From a virus (taxonomy: Duplodnaviria; Caudoviricetes), in the IMG/VR virus record IMGVR_UViG_3300021408_000010, positions 1 to 44,406 of that record: a stretch of 44,406 bases of DNA, one strand, 5' to 3'. Both the position numbers and the translations under genes were made by a program. A model generated the notes under the pieces. That model did no database searches, was not told the origin of the DNA, and saw only the letters and a program-made list of their open reading frames with translations. Shown one piece after another: positions 8,078-18,536 of the stretch. Position 1 is the stretch's first letter, and every line of letters begins with the position of its first letter.

Positions 8078-10046
8078 CTTCAGCGGTTGGGCCACCAAGG
8101 TTGGGCTCAAGTGCTCCGATGGTCGAACGATCATGGCCGGAGCATTCCGTCAGCAGGACAAGGCGCGTGTTCCGCTTGTCTGGCAGCACGGTCACGGCAA
8201 CCCGGAGAATGTTCTCGGGCATGCCATCCTCGAGGATCGTCCCGAGGGCGTCTGGACTAACGGTTACTTCAACGATTCCCCCGCGGCAAAGCATGCCAAG
8301 GGCCTTCTTCAGCATGGCGACATCAACATGCTTTCCATCTGGGCCAACGAGCTCATGGAACGCGGTAAGAATGTTCTCCATGGCAAGATCCGTGAGGTCA
8401 GTCTGGTCCTTTCGGGAGCCAATCCTGGTGCGATCATCGAGAACGTGACTGCCCGCCACGGCGATGGTATGGAAGAGCTCATCGATGACGAGGCGGTTAT
8501 TTACACCGGTCTCGAATTCGAACACGCCGACAAGAGCGGCGATAAGACCGATAATAGCGATAATTCCGACGCGGATAGCAAGGACGATGACGACACGGTC
8601 GCTGACGTCTACGAGTCCATGTCCGATCAGCAGAAGGACGTCCTTCATTACATGGTCAGTCAGGCCATGGAGAAGGGCAGCAAGTCGGTTTCGTCCGATG
8701 ATAAGTCCTCCGCAGAACACAGCAGCACCGACGCTAACAAGGATAAGGAAGGCAACAACATGACCCGGAACGTGTTCGACAAGGACAAGGGTGACGAGGG
8801 CACGGCTACTCGTACCGTCATTTCGCATGACGACATGAAGAGCATTGTCGCCGATGCGGAGAAGTCCGGGTCGATGAAGAGCGCTATCGAGGCGTACGCT
8901 CTGGCTCACGGTATCACGGAGATCGACACGCTGTTCCCGGAGGCCAAGAACCTCACCGCCGCGCCCGAGTTCTTCGGTCGTCGGACTGAGTGGGTTTCTG
9001 GCGTTCTCACCGGGGCGAAGAAGACTCCGTTTGCTCGGATTCGGACCCATTACGCGGATCTCAACTTCGATGAGGCTCGTGCCAAGGGTTACGTCAAGGG
9101 CGCCTTCAAGAAGGAAGAGTTCTTCGGCGTTGCTGGCCGAACCACCACCCCCAAGACGATCTACAAGAAGCAGAAGCTCGATCGCGACGACATCATCGAC
9201 ATCACCGACTTCGACGTGGTGGCGTGGATGAAGGGCGAGATGCGTCTCATGCTCGACGAGGAGATCGCTCGAGCCATCCTCATCGGTGACGGCCGCGCCG
9301 TGGACGACGAGGACAAGATCAACGAGGACAACATCCGCCCCATTGCCACAGACCACGACCTGTACGCGGTCAAGGTCTATGTCAACCTGGATGATGCTAG
9401 CTCGAGCGCCCAGGAGATCATCGACGCTCTGATCACCCATCGTCAGTACTACCGTGGCGCTGGTCAGCCGACCATGTTCACGACCGAGACCATGATCGCT
9501 CGGTTCATGATGCTCAAGGATACGCTTGGTCGGCGTATCTACCGCTCGCTTGACGAGCTGGCCACGGAGCTCCGCGTCGACAAGATCGTGCCCGTGGAGG
9601 TGTTCGAGAGCGAGCCCACCATCGTTGCTGTCCTTGTCAACATGGGCGACTACGTCATCGGCGCGAACAAGGGTGGCGAGGTCAACCTGTTCGACGACTT
9701 CGACATCGACTACAACCAGTACAAGTACCTGATCGAGACGCGCATTTCTGGCGCCCTCGCCAAGCTGAAGTCGGCCATTGTGGTTCGCTCGGTCGATGGT
9801 GACGATGTTCTTGTCGCCGCCCCGAACGTTCCCACCTTCGTGCCCGCCACCGGTGTTGTGACGATCGTTGCCACTACCGGCGTCGTGTACAAGAATGCCC
9901 TCACCGGTGCTACCCTGTCGACTGGCGCTCAGTCCGCGCTGGCCGAGGGCGCAAGCCTCACGGTTCAGGCTACCCCTGCCACCGGTTACTACCTTACCTC
10001 CAGTGAGAACGAAGAGTGGAAGTTCACTCGCCCTGTTACTCCCTGA
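8067..10046 (+). CDS. prohead protease-scaffold-major capsid fusion with C-terminal Ig-like extension
   Basis: HK97-type protease motifs (DFSGWAT, VPLVWQH, LSI, EVSLV..GANPGA.I), acidic linker, capsid region, T/A/V-rich tail; strong codon bias. Start ATG 8067 after GGAAAGG. Confidence 0.88.
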   Translation: MEADFSGWATKVGLKCSDGRTIMAGAFRQQDKARVPLVWQHGHGNPENVLGHAILEDRPEGVWTNGYFNDSPAAKHAKGLLQHGDINMLSIWANELMERGKNVLHGKIREVSLVLSGANPGAIIENVTARHGDGMEELIDDEAVIYTGLEFEHADKSGDKTDNSDNSDADSKDDDDTVADVYESMSDQQKDVLHYMVSQAMEKGSKSVSSDDKSSAEHSSTDANKDKEGNNMTRNVFDKDKGDEGTATRTVISHDDMKSIVADAEKSGSMKSAIEAYALAHGITEIDTLFPEAKNLTAAPEFFGRRTEWVSGVLTGAKKTPFARIRTHYADLNFDEARAKGYVKGAFKKEEFFGVAGRTTTPKTIYKKQKLDRDDIIDITDFDVVAWMKGEMRLMLDEEIARAILIGDGRAVDDEDKINEDNIRPIATDHDLYAVKVYVNLDDASSSAQEIIDALITHRQYYRGAGQPTMFTTETMIARFMMLKDTLGRRIYRSLDELATELRVDKIVPVEVFESEPTIVAVLVNMGDYVIGANKGGEVNLFDDFDIDYNQYKYLIETRISGALAKLKSAIVVRSVDGDDVLVAAPNVPTFVPATGVVTIVATTGVVYKNALTGATLSTGAQSALAEGASLTVQATPATGYYLTSSENEEWKFTRPVTP

Positions 10047-10067
10047 CATCTCTGACTAGGAGTTATA

Positions 10068-10394
10068 ATGAGATTCTCGGGAGTGGTTGGCTACGGAGAA
10101 TCCTCAGAAACTCTTCCAGGTGACGGTGTACACGAGAATGTTATTACTGAGGTTCCTTACAAGGGTGATGTTCACCGAGAAATCGGGAGACCACATCCTG
10201 GCGAAAATTTGAATAATGACCTCAGTGTTAATAACTCCATCAGTATTGTTGCTGATGCAAAAGCCAACGAACATTTCCATAAGATTGTATATGTCATGTG
10301 GCAGGGGGTTCGCTGGACTGTTTCGGCAGTCGAAGTAAAACCCCCTCGCCTTCTGCTCAGTCTAGGAGATGTTTATAATGGCCCCACGCCGTGA
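10068..10394 (+). CDS. head closure/head-to-tail stopper
   Basis: 108 aa after the capsid gene; ISIVAD...YV.WQGVRWTV..VEV.PPRL pattern. Confidence 0.65.
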   Translation: MRFSGVVGYGESSETLPGDGVHENVITEVPYKGDVHREIGRPHPGENLNNDLSVNNSISIVADAKANEHFHKIVYVMWQGVRWTVSAVEVKPPRLLLSLGDVYNGPTP

Positions 10395-10683
10395 TCTTCA
10401 AGATCTACTAGTAGAGATTCTCGAAAGCGATAGTGTATATTTCCAGCCGCCAGTCAATGTGCAGATTAAGTATCCGTGCATTATTTATAAGCGGGATAAT
10501 ATTGTTGCGAAATGGGCCGATGATAAGCCTTACAACCTCGCAAAGCGTTATACGGTTACGGTAATCGATCGTAATCCAGATAGCGATATCCCCGACAAAC
10601 TTGCGGCTCTACGACATTGCAGATTCGATCGCTTTTACATAGCTGACAATCTAAATCACAACGTTTTCACATTGTTCTTCTAG
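10378..10683 (+). CDS. tail terminator/completion protein
   Basis: VYFQPP...YPCIIY...Y.VTVIDRNPDS; directly before the major tail gene. Confidence 0.7.
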   Translation: MAPRRDLQDLLVEILESDSVYFQPPVNVQIKYPCIIYKRDNIVAKWADDKPYNLAKRYTVTVIDRNPDSDIPDKLAALRHCRFDRFYIADNLNHNVFTLFF

Positions 10684-10692
10684 GAGGAAGAC

Positions 10693-11343
10693 ATGGCTGT
10701 TCTTACTTGGGACCAGGTCGGCGAGCGCGTCTACGAGACCGGCGTCGATCATGGGGTTCTCTACGTTCCGGACGTCACTGGTGTCTATGATACCGGTTTC
10801 TCGTGGAATGGTCTGGTTAGCGTCCAGGAGACACCGACCGGCGCGGAGCCCAATGCTCAGTACGCGGACAACATCAAGTACCTGAACCTTATCTCGGCCG
10901 AGGAGTTCGGTGCGACGCTCGAGGCGTTCACCTATCCTCCCGAGTTCAACCAGTTCGATGGTGTTGCTACCCCGGAGCCCGGTGTTTACGTTGGTCAGCA
11001 GGCCCGTAAGCTCTTCGGTCTGTCGTACCGTACCCGGATTGGTAACGATCTCGAGGGCGACGACTATGGCTACAAGCTGCACCTGGTGTATGGTTGCCAG
11101 GCCACTCCTTCGGAGAAGGCTTTCAACACGGTGAATGATTCGCCGGAAGCCATCACGTTCAGCTGGGAGATCTCCACGACCCCGGCTCCCGTGACTGGAC
11201 TGCGACCCACGTCCATCATCACCATCGACTCGACTGTGGCTGCGCCGCTCGATCTCACCGCGCTGGAGACCCTGCTGTACGGGGCTGTTGCTACGGATCC
11301 GGCTCTGCCCACCCCTGACGAGGTTATCGCAATCTTCGCGTGA
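10693..11343 (+). CDS. major tail protein
   Basis: LTWDQVGER.YETGVDHGVLY...WNGL...YADNIKY...AFTYP; strong RBS and codon bias. Confidence 0.88.
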   Translation: MAVLTWDQVGERVYETGVDHGVLYVPDVTGVYDTGFSWNGLVSVQETPTGAEPNAQYADNIKYLNLISAEEFGATLEAFTYPPEFNQFDGVATPEPGVYVGQQARKLFGLSYRTRIGNDLEGDDYGYKLHLVYGCQATPSEKAFNTVNDSPEAITFSWEISTTPAPVTGLRPTSIITIDSTVAAPLDLTALETLLYGAVATDPALPTPDEVIAIFA

Positions 11344-11363
11344 TCATGACTTAGGAGGCCAGA

Positions 11364-11906
11364 ATGCTTAATCTTACTATTGGTGGTGACGAGTTCTTCA
11401 ACGAAGAGACGGGAACGTTCGAAATCGTTGGTGGGCTAGAGTTGACACTAGAACATTCTCTGGTCTCTCTGTCAAAATGGGAGTCACAGACGGGTAAAGC
11501 GTTCTTGTCCAAAGATGAAAAGACTTCGGATGAGATCCGCCTTTATGTACAGGCTATGATTACTTCCCCTAATCCTCCGCCGGATGTACAATCCATGTTC
11601 TCTGGGGAAAACATGGGTGCAGTGAACGCGTATATCAACTCCGCCGAATCTGCTACTACATTTGGACGTATGCCTGAGACTCGTGGTCGAGGAGAAACCA
11701 TCACCTCGGAACTAATCTATTATTGGATGGTGGCATTCAGCATCCCATTCGAGTGTCAGACGTGGCATTTGAACAGGTTGTTCGCGTTAATTCGCATCTG
11801 TAATTTGAAGAACTCCAAACCAAAGCCGATGGGACGAAGTGAAATCGCCGCTAGGAATCGCGCTTTGAATGAGAAGAGAAGAGCTGAGCTAAACACCACA
11901 GGATGA
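11364..11906 (+). CDS. tail assembly chaperone
   Basis: Between major tail and tape measure; LEHSLVSLSKWES...TSELIYYWM...WHLNRL. Confidence 0.65.
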   Translation: MLNLTIGGDEFFNEETGTFEIVGGLELTLEHSLVSLSKWESQTGKAFLSKDEKTSDEIRLYVQAMITSPNPPPDVQSMFSGENMGAVNAYINSAESATTFGRMPETRGRGETITSELIYYWMVAFSIPFECQTWHLNRLFALIRICNLKNSKPKPMGRSEIAARNRALNEKRRAELNTTG

Positions 11907-11917
11907 TGGGAGGTTAA

Positions 11918-12727
11918 ATGACCAAGCTTGTTTGGGATCAGACAGGTACGCGTATCTATGAGAATGGTGTTAGCCAAGGCGTGTTCTATGGGTCAGACCG
12001 CAAGGGGATTCCCTGGAACGGCTTGATCTCTGTAGAGGAAGTTAATAACGATTCTGCCGACTCGCTTTACTTCGATGGTTTGAAGTATGCCGAAGTTGTA
12101 ACCGTTGGGGATTTCGAAGGAAAGCTTACGGCGTTCACCTACCCTGATGAATTCCTTGGGTATGAGGGTGTTGACGATTGGAAGCCTGGATTCTTCCTTA
12201 CCGATCAGCCTAAATCCAGATTTGCTTTGTCGTTCAAGACAGAGATAAACAGTGACGAAGGCGCGCAAATCGGATACAAGCTTCATATTTTGTATAATCT
12301 TTTGGCTATCCCATCCAATAAGACATACGAAACATTGTCTTTGGATAGCGAACCGATGGATTTCCAATGGGATATTACGGCTATTCCGGAGCCTTTGGAT
12401 CGATTTAGACCGACCGCTCACGTGGTTATCGATAGTCGGAAGATAGACCCATATTTGCTGGCTGACATTGAGAACTTCATTTATGGCACAGAACTAACCG
12501 ATCCGGTGCTGCCAGACCTATCCAGCTTGGTTACTTTCGTACAGAAGTGGGGCCGGTTCATCGTTACTGATAACGGTAATGGTACGTGGACTGCGACTTC
12601 CCCTCTGGAAGGTGTTATCACCATGCTTGATGAGTTCACGTTCCAGATTGATACCGAGATGGCCGTCTACTTGGACTCGGAATCTTACACTTTGACCAGC
12701 AGTGCCGTGGATTACGAGGACCTATAA
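11918..12727 (+). CDS. second major-tail-protein paralog with C-terminal extension
   Basis: Aligns by eye with 10693..11343 (LVWDQ.G.R.YE.GV..GV.Y, WNGL, AFTYP, GYKLH..Y, RPT). Confidence 0.8.
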   Translation: MTKLVWDQTGTRIYENGVSQGVFYGSDRKGIPWNGLISVEEVNNDSADSLYFDGLKYAEVVTVGDFEGKLTAFTYPDEFLGYEGVDDWKPGFFLTDQPKSRFALSFKTEINSDEGAQIGYKLHILYNLLAIPSNKTYETLSLDSEPMDFQWDITAIPEPLDRFRPTAHVVIDSRKIDPYLLADIENFIYGTELTDPVLPDLSSLVTFVQKWGRFIVTDNGNGTWTATSPLEGVITMLDEFTFQIDTEMAVYLDSESYTLTSSAVDYEDL

Positions 12728-12736
12728 GGAGGGTAC

Positions 12737-13357
12737 ATGGCCACAGTAACGGGTTATACAGCCGCTAAAATGGATGAGATTGCCAACGCTACCATCGTTG
12801 ACGCCGATATCGTCGGGGACAATCTTCTACTTGAGAGGTTTGACGGAGCCACCATCGACGCTGGTGATGCCCGCGGACCGCAAGGCATCCCGGGCACCAA
12901 CGGGACAAATGGTACTAACGGTGCGCAGGGTCCTGCCGGTCCTATGGACATGGTTGGACCGCCGATTAATTTAACTACTGCCCCCGCGCAGATGACGGTT
13001 AGTGGTTTGGTTTCAGGCTTGGCTAAGAATAATGTCTCAGTTATTTCGGGTAATACATACGGGATCAAGGTAGACTTCACGCTAGAGTGGTCCAGCGTAG
13101 ATATTGATGCTCGCTGGGATATTTGGTTTCGACTTAATGGTGTCAATATTGAGCGCATCAGGCCTCTTCGTCCTGCCATCACGGGTATCGCTTTCGTCCC
13201 GGTTGTCGGAGAGGTATTCTGGGTTCCTTCAGTGACAGCCGCGACCGATGATGTGGAGATCTACGCCGAGAGGATCACTGCAGGCGCTCCAATCACTCCT
13301 TCCGGTTCGGCCACGCTTAAGCGTAAGTTGTGGATTGTTGATTATGGAGTAGTTTGA
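12737..13357 (+). CDS. minor tail protein with collagen-like repeat
   Basis: GPQGIPGTNGTNGTNGAQGPAGP G-X-Y run; tail module. Confidence 0.7.
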   Translation: MATVTGYTAAKMDEIANATIVDADIVGDNLLLERFDGATIDAGDARGPQGIPGTNGTNGTNGAQGPAGPMDMVGPPINLTTAPAQMTVSGLVSGLAKNNVSVISGNTYGIKVDFTLEWSSVDIDARWDIWFRLNGVNIERIRPLRPAITGIAFVPVVGEVFWVPSVTAATDDVEIYAERITAGAPITPSGSATLKRKLWIVDYGVV

Positions 13358-13360
13358 TCG

Positions 13361-13738
13361 ATGATCCGCGCCACGACGACAGGATCCTTCGCAAAGACAG
13401 TGGGATTCCTAGAGAATCTTACTCCCCAGAAGATGTTTTCCAATTTGGATCGTTATGGGCAACGTGGCGTTGATGCTCTTTCTCGTGCTACTCCGAAGGA
13501 ATCCGGAGAGACTGCCGATTCTTGGGGTTACAAAATCCTTAATACGCCCGGTCGATGTTCTATTATTTGGTTTAATACTCACGAAAAGAATGGCGTTAAC
13601 GTCGCTGTGATTCTCCAATATGGTCACGGGACAGGAACTGGCGGATATGTGGATGGCCGCGATTACATTAACCCCGCTATGCGGCCCATATTTGACCAGA
13701 TTCTTGAGAACGTTTGGAGGCAGGTGACAAATGGCTAG
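13361..13738 (+). CDS. HK97 gp10-like neck/tail completion protein
   Basis: ATP..SG.TA.SW.Y...LQYGHGT..GGYV.GRDYINPA pattern; before tape measure. Confidence 0.6.
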   Translation: MIRATTTGSFAKTVGFLENLTPQKMFSNLDRYGQRGVDALSRATPKESGETADSWGYKILNTPGRCSIIWFNTHEKNGVNVAVILQYGHGTGTGGYVDGRDYINPAMRPIFDQILENVWRQVTNG

Positions 13739-16700
13739 CGTCGACAACAGAGTTGTCCGGATGGAATTCGATAATGCTGTATTCCAGAAGAAGATTGCGG
13801 ACACTCTAACCAGCCTCTCCCATCTGGACAAGGCCCTTAAGCTTACCGGAGCTACCAAAGGTCTGACCGATGTCAGCGCCGCATCTAAGAAGGTCGATCT
13901 TACACCGATCGGCACTGGTGTCCAGAGCATTAGCGCGGGCTTCCTGGCTCTAAGCACCATCGCTGTAACAGCGCTATCAACCATTACGCATGCAGCGATT
14001 ACATCCGGCACTCAGATGGTCAAGTCTCTCAGTCTTGATCCCATTCTTGATGGTTTCCGAGAATACGAACTTAATATTGGTTCCATCCAAACCATTCTGG
14101 CTAACACCAGAGCAGATGGCACTGGTCTTCAAGAAGTTAATGCCGCGCTTGATCAGCTGAACGATTATTCAGACAAGACCATTTATAACTTCGGTCAGAT
14201 GACCAAGAACATCGGTACGTTCACCGCGGCCGGTGTTGATCTGGATACTTCAGTTGCCTCGATCAAGGGCATCTCCAACCTAGCCGCTATCTCTGGTTCC
14301 AGCGCGGAGCAGGCTGCTACGGCGATGTATCAGCTGTCTCAGGCTGTGTCGACAGGCACCTTGAGGTTGATGGACTGGAACTCGGTCGTCAACGCGGGTA
14401 TGGGTGGTGAGGTCTTCCAGAAGGCTCTGTTCGAGACCGGTGTCGCTATGGGCACTATCACGGACGCGCCAGTGGGTACGACCTTCGAGGAATGGACGTC
14501 CAAGGGTAATAGTTTCCGTGATTCTCTCCAGGAAGGTTGGTTGACCGGGGAGGTCTTGACCAACACTCTTAAGGGATTCACTGGTGAGATGACAGAGGCC
14601 CAGCTTCTGTCAATCGGTTACACCAAGGAACAGGCGCAGCAGATTCTGGAGTTGGGTCAAACTGGCGTTGAAGCCGCCACCAAGATCCGTACTCTTAGCC
14701 AGCTTATGAACACGGTCAAGGAGACCGTCGCTTCTGGTTGGTCCGAGTCTTTCCGTACAGTCTTCGGTAACTTCGAAGAAGCGTCAGAGCTGTTCACTCA
14801 TGTGAACGATACGATCAGCGACTTCGTCAAGGGTAATGCTGAGGCACGCAACGAACTTCTTGCCGGATGGAAGGAGCTCGGGGGCAGAGACATTTTGCTC
14901 CGGGGATTGGGTGACGCATTCAAGGCGCTTAGCGAGATTCTCAGCCCGATACAAGAAGTCTTCCGTGATATCTTCCCCAAGACCACCGCGGTCCGGCTGC
15001 TTGATATCACAAAGGGTTTCGCTGAGTTCACTGCCAGTCTGAGGCCCAGTGAGAAGACTATCGAGAACATTAAGCGGATCTTCACGGGTCTGTTCTCTGC
15101 TCTCGACATTGGCTGGACCATCATCAAGGAAGGCGTCGGGTTCATAAAGGACCTAGTCCTCCAATTCAGCGGACTAGGTGAAGGTAGAATTCTGGAGTTC
15201 GCTGCTGATATTGCGGACTTCTTTACGAATCTGCGCGAAGGCCTTGATCGAGGTCAAGCTATCGGTCGCTTCTTCGATGACCTGTCTAGATCTCTCCGCG
15301 GTCCGATTCAGTACATCAAGGAGCTGAAGGAAGCTGTATTCGGCCTTTTTGACGACTTTGACTCTGAGCAGCTCGAGGTTGTCGGCGAAAGCGCGGGTCG
15401 TTTCGGCCAGCGATTCAGTACTCTGGGTGAAATCCTAGAGCGCGTTTCCGGTCTGTGGGAGCCTATTCAGGGCTTCTTCGATCGAGTGATGGAGATCCTT
15501 AATAGCGCAGGCGAGGTTATCGGTGGTTGGTTCCAGGAACTCGGGCACAAGCTTGCCGAAGCAATGGGTCCTGGCGACTTCGATGCGGTTCTGGACGCTC
15601 TGAACGTCTCCCTGCTAGGCGGTATCGCTCTTCTTATTTCGAAGTTCCTGTCGGGCGGGTTGAACCTCAACTTTGGCGATGGGCTGTTCTCGAACATCAG
15701 TAGTGCCTTCGAAGAACTTACTGGTGTTCTGGACGCTATGCAGACCAGCATCCGCGCGGATGCTCTGCTGAAGATTGCCGGGGCTGTTGCGCTACTCAGC
15801 GTGTCGGTTGTGGCACTCTCGCTAATTGATTCCGAGGCGTTGACTCGAGCGTTGGTGGCTATGGCCATTGGGTTCGGTCAGCTTATGGCGACCTTTGCCA
15901 TTCTTAATAGCATGGATGTCGGACTTATCAACGGATCTACATTCGCTGCGATTGCCGCGGGTATGATCCTTCTAAGTACGGCTATTCTTATTCTCTCCGG
16001 GGCGGTGGCTGTTCTCGGCTCTATGAGCTGGGAAGACCTGACCAAGGGCCTTGTCGGGATCACGGTTCTACTTGCAGTTCTAACTACTTCCGCGGTTATT
16101 CTATCTAAGAACGCGGGCCCAATCCTTCTTGCCAGTATCAGTCTCATCGCTATGTCGACAGCTATCAGCATCCTGGCTGGGGCAGTCGCTATATTTGCCA
16201 CGATGGAATGGGACACTCTAATCAAGGGATTTGCCGGAGTTGCGGCCGGATTGCTTATCTTGGCTGGCGCTATGCGTCTCATGCCTGCAGATCTTGCCCT
16301 ACGGGGCGTTGGGCTTATCCTGATCGCCACAGCATTGAATATCCTTGCTGGCGCGGTTGCCCTCTTCGCAACAATGGAATGGGATACCCTGATCAAGGGG
16401 TTCGCGGGAATCGCCGCAGGTCTGGTCATCATTGGCCTGGCCATGCATCTCATGCCGCCTAATATGCTTCTTACAGCAGCCGGGCTTATCGGTGTTAGCA
16501 TCGCGCTGAACATCCTTGCTCTGGCGCTTAAAACTTTGGGTGGTATGACGTGGGAGGAGATGGGCAAGGGTCTTCTGGCGCTTGCTGCTTCTCTGTTTAT
16601 TTTGGTTGTGGCAACCAATGCCATGAGCGGTGCTCTAGCCGGAGCCGCCGCTATGCTGGTGGTATCCGCCGCGCTGGCCGTTCTAGCGGGAGTGCTAATA

Positions 16701-18536
16701 GCTCTCGCGCAGGTCTCCTTCGGGGATCTACTCACGGCCATCGGCGCAATCGCTTTGGCGCTGACTGTATTTGGGATTGCTGCCGCGCTTCTCACCCCAG
16801 TGGTACCTACACTGTTGGGTCTTGGTGCGGCTATGCTTCTGCTTGGCGGTGCTTTCGCCCTATTCGGGGTGGGCGCGCTAGCAGTAGCCAAGGCATTCGA
16901 GCTGTTAGGTAGAGCTGGACCCGAAGGCGCTAAGGCTCTCACAGCCGCGCTAGAGGCAATCGGCGATGCGCTACCCGCGCTGATACGAGGCTTTGCTAAG
17001 GGCTTGCTCGAGCTAGTCGACGTCTTCCTTGATGCTGCACCTGTATTGGCGAAGGCGCTCGGGGTCCTTCTCGGGCATATTATCGATACGCTTACTGAGC
17101 TCGTACCCAAGGTGGGTAAACTTGCTCTAGCGTTGATCAAAACTCTTATCGAGGTCATTGAGGACGCGGTTCCCGATATTGTGGAGCTTGGTATCAACCT
17201 GGTCATCGCTTTGCTTACGGGCATTCGAGATAATATTTACCAGGTGGCCGAGCTGGCTATCGAGATCATTACCGAGTTCCTGGAAGCTATCGCAGATAAT
17301 CTTGAGGACGCGATTCAGGCTGGCGTAGATCTCATCGTTGCATTCCTCTCCGGAATTACGGAAGGATTCGATGATATTGTTCAGGCTGCCAGTGATCTAA
17401 TCACAGGTTTCATCGAAGCCATTGCGGGGTTCTACGGAGATATTATCGAAGCTGGCGCGGATGCTCTGATCAGTTTCCTCAACGGGATGACAGAGAATAC
17501 CGACCAGATTCTCGTTGCCGTAGGAATCCTCGTACTTACATTCATCGCCGGGCTTTCGAATCTGTCTAGTCGCATTAGCACTGCTGGTACGGATGCGCTT
17601 GTCGATTTCCTGGCAGGCATGACAAATAATCTCAATAAGGTTTCCAATGCAGTCACAACCCTGATCACGACTTTCATCTCGACGGTGTCCCGTAATGCGA
17701 CTAAGATCACTAATGCGGGGGCTAACGCGATCATCAACTTCGTGACTGGGTTGGGTAAGAACGTCAATCGAGTTATCAGTGCCGGTGTTACGGTCATAAT
17801 CAACTTCCTCAAGGGCGTGTCCAGTAATACACTGAGGCTTGCTGAGGCCGCCGCGGATATTGTCATCGACTTCTTGAATGCCTTGGCTGATGTCATTAAT
17901 GAGAAGGCTCCGCAGCTACGCGCTGCTGGTGCTAACTTGGCGTTCGCCATCATTGATGGTATGACGGGAGGCTTCGCCAGTAAGGCGGCTAGCGTTGCTG
18001 AGTCGGCTAGGTCTGTCGCGGCAGGAGCAGTCAACGCAGCAGAGCGGTTCCTTGGTATTCGTTCTCCGTCGAAGGTCTTCTTCGAGATCGGCGAATTCAT
18101 GGCCGAGGGCATGGCTCTTGCGTTGGATGGCGATGACTCCGTTGCTAGAAGCTCTACCGCGCTGGCCACAAGGGCTACTGAGGCATTGCGGAACAGCATC
18201 GACAAGGCAGTCTCATCCGTCGGCGATATTCCCGACTTCAGACCAGTTATTGCGCCTGTCCTGGACCTGACTGATGTCAGAGCTGGGGCTAAATCGATCA
18301 GTAGTCTGATTGGAGCGAGTAATGATCTGACGCCAAATGTGTCGTTCCGACAAGCTAACGCGATTGCTACTACGAGTGTGCCGGTTCCTGACGCTTCTGA
18401 AGAGGGAGTCGGTGGTCCGAACGTGGTGCAGTTCAATCAGACCATTAATTCGCCTGAGACATTGTCCACAAGCGCTATCTACAAGAATACTCGTAATCAA
18501 ATCACGCTTGCTAAAGAGGAGTTGAATGTGGCATGA
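13731..18536 (+). CDS. tape measure protein
   Basis: 1601 aa, Ala/Leu/Gly-rich; tape-measure N-domain (LNDYSDKTIYNF..MT); hydrophobic repeats; LGIRSPSKVF near the C-terminus. Confidence 0.95.
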   Translation: MASVDNRVVRMEFDNAVFQKKIADTLTSLSHLDKALKLTGATKGLTDVSAASKKVDLTPIGTGVQSISAGFLALSTIAVTALSTITHAAITSGTQMVKSLSLDPILDGFREYELNIGSIQTILANTRADGTGLQEVNAALDQLNDYSDKTIYNFGQMTKNIGTFTAAGVDLDTSVASIKGISNLAAISGSSAEQAATAMYQLSQAVSTGTLRLMDWNSVVNAGMGGEVFQKALFETGVAMGTITDAPVGTTFEEWTSKGNSFRDSLQEGWLTGEVLTNTLKGFTGEMTEAQLLSIGYTKEQAQQILELGQTGVEAATKIRTLSQLMNTVKETVASGWSESFRTVFGNFEEASELFTHVNDTISDFVKGNAEARNELLAGWKELGGRDILLRGLGDAFKALSEILSPIQEVFRDIFPKTTAVRLLDITKGFAEFTASLRPSEKTIENIKRIFTGLFSALDIGWTIIKEGVGFIKDLVLQFSGLGEGRILEFAADIADFFTNLREGLDRGQAIGRFFDDLSRSLRGPIQYIKELKEAVFGLFDDFDSEQLEVVGESAGRFGQRFSTLGEILERVSGLWEPIQGFFDRVMEILNSAGEVIGGWFQELGHKLAEAMGPGDFDAVLDALNVSLLGGIALLISKFLSGGLNLNFGDGLFSNISSAFEELTGVLDAMQTSIRADALLKIAGAVALLSVSVVALSLIDSEALTRALVAMAIGFGQLMATFAILNSMDVGLINGSTFAAIAAGMILLSTAILILSGAVAVLGSMSWEDLTKGLVGITVLLAVLTTSAVILSKNAGPILLASISLIAMSTAISILAGAVAIFATMEWDTLIKGFAGVAAGLLILAGAMRLMPADLALRGVGLILIATALNILAGAVALFATMEWDTLIKGFAGIAAGLVIIGLAMHLMPPNMLLTAAGLIGVSIALNILALALKTLGGMTWEEMGKGLLALAASLFILVVATNAMSGALAGAAAMLVVSAALAVLAGVLIALAQVSFGDLLTAIGAIALALTVFGIAAALLTPVVPTLLGLGAAMLLLGGAFALFGVGALAVAKAFELLGRAGPEGAKALTAALEAIGDALPALIRGFAKGLLELVDVFLDAAPVLAKALGVLLGHIIDTLTELVPKVGKLALALIKTLIEVIEDAVPDIVELGINLVIALLTGIRDNIYQVAELAIEIITEFLEAIADNLEDAIQAGVDLIVAFLSGITEGFDDIVQAASDLITGFIEAIAGFYGDIIEAGADALISFLNGMTENTDQILVAVGILVLTFIAGLSNLSSRISTAGTDALVDFLAGMTNNLNKVSNAVTTLITTFISTVSRNATKITNAGANAIINFVTGLGKNVNRVISAGVTVIINFLKGVSSNTLRLAEAAADIVIDFLNALADVINEKAPQLRAAGANLAFAIIDGMTGGFASKAASVAESARSVAAGAVNAAERFLGIRSPSKVFFEIGEFMAEGMALALDGDDSVARSSTALATRATEALRNSIDKAVSSVGDIPDFRPVIAPVLDLTDVRAGAKSISSLIGASNDLTPNVSFRQANAIATTSVPVPDASEEGVGGPNVVQFNQTINSPETLSTSAIYKNTRNQITLAKEELNVA

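Noticed and set aside
8037-10049. 670-aa minus-strand ORF opposite the capsid gene
   Set aside because: Antisense shadow of a strongly codon-biased gene; no RBS or motifs; all credible genes are on +.
10064-10071. TATAATGA at 10064 (also near 7313 and 43220)
   Set aside because: Lacks CGC and ACA at the fixed spacing; explained by RBS+ATG or coding sequence.
11364-11906. Programmed frameshift in the tail chaperone
   Set aside because: Single continuous ORF with no overlapping second frame leading to the tape measure.
16170-16440. Near-identical repeat AGAVA.FATMEWDTLIKGFAG.AAGL in the tape measure
   Set aside because: Ordinary tape-measure periodicity; no reverse transcriptase or adenine-specific variation to suggest a DGR.
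15878-18436. 448-aa and 334-aa minus-strand ORFs
   Set aside because: Antisense to the repetitive Ala/Leu/Gly tape measure gene.
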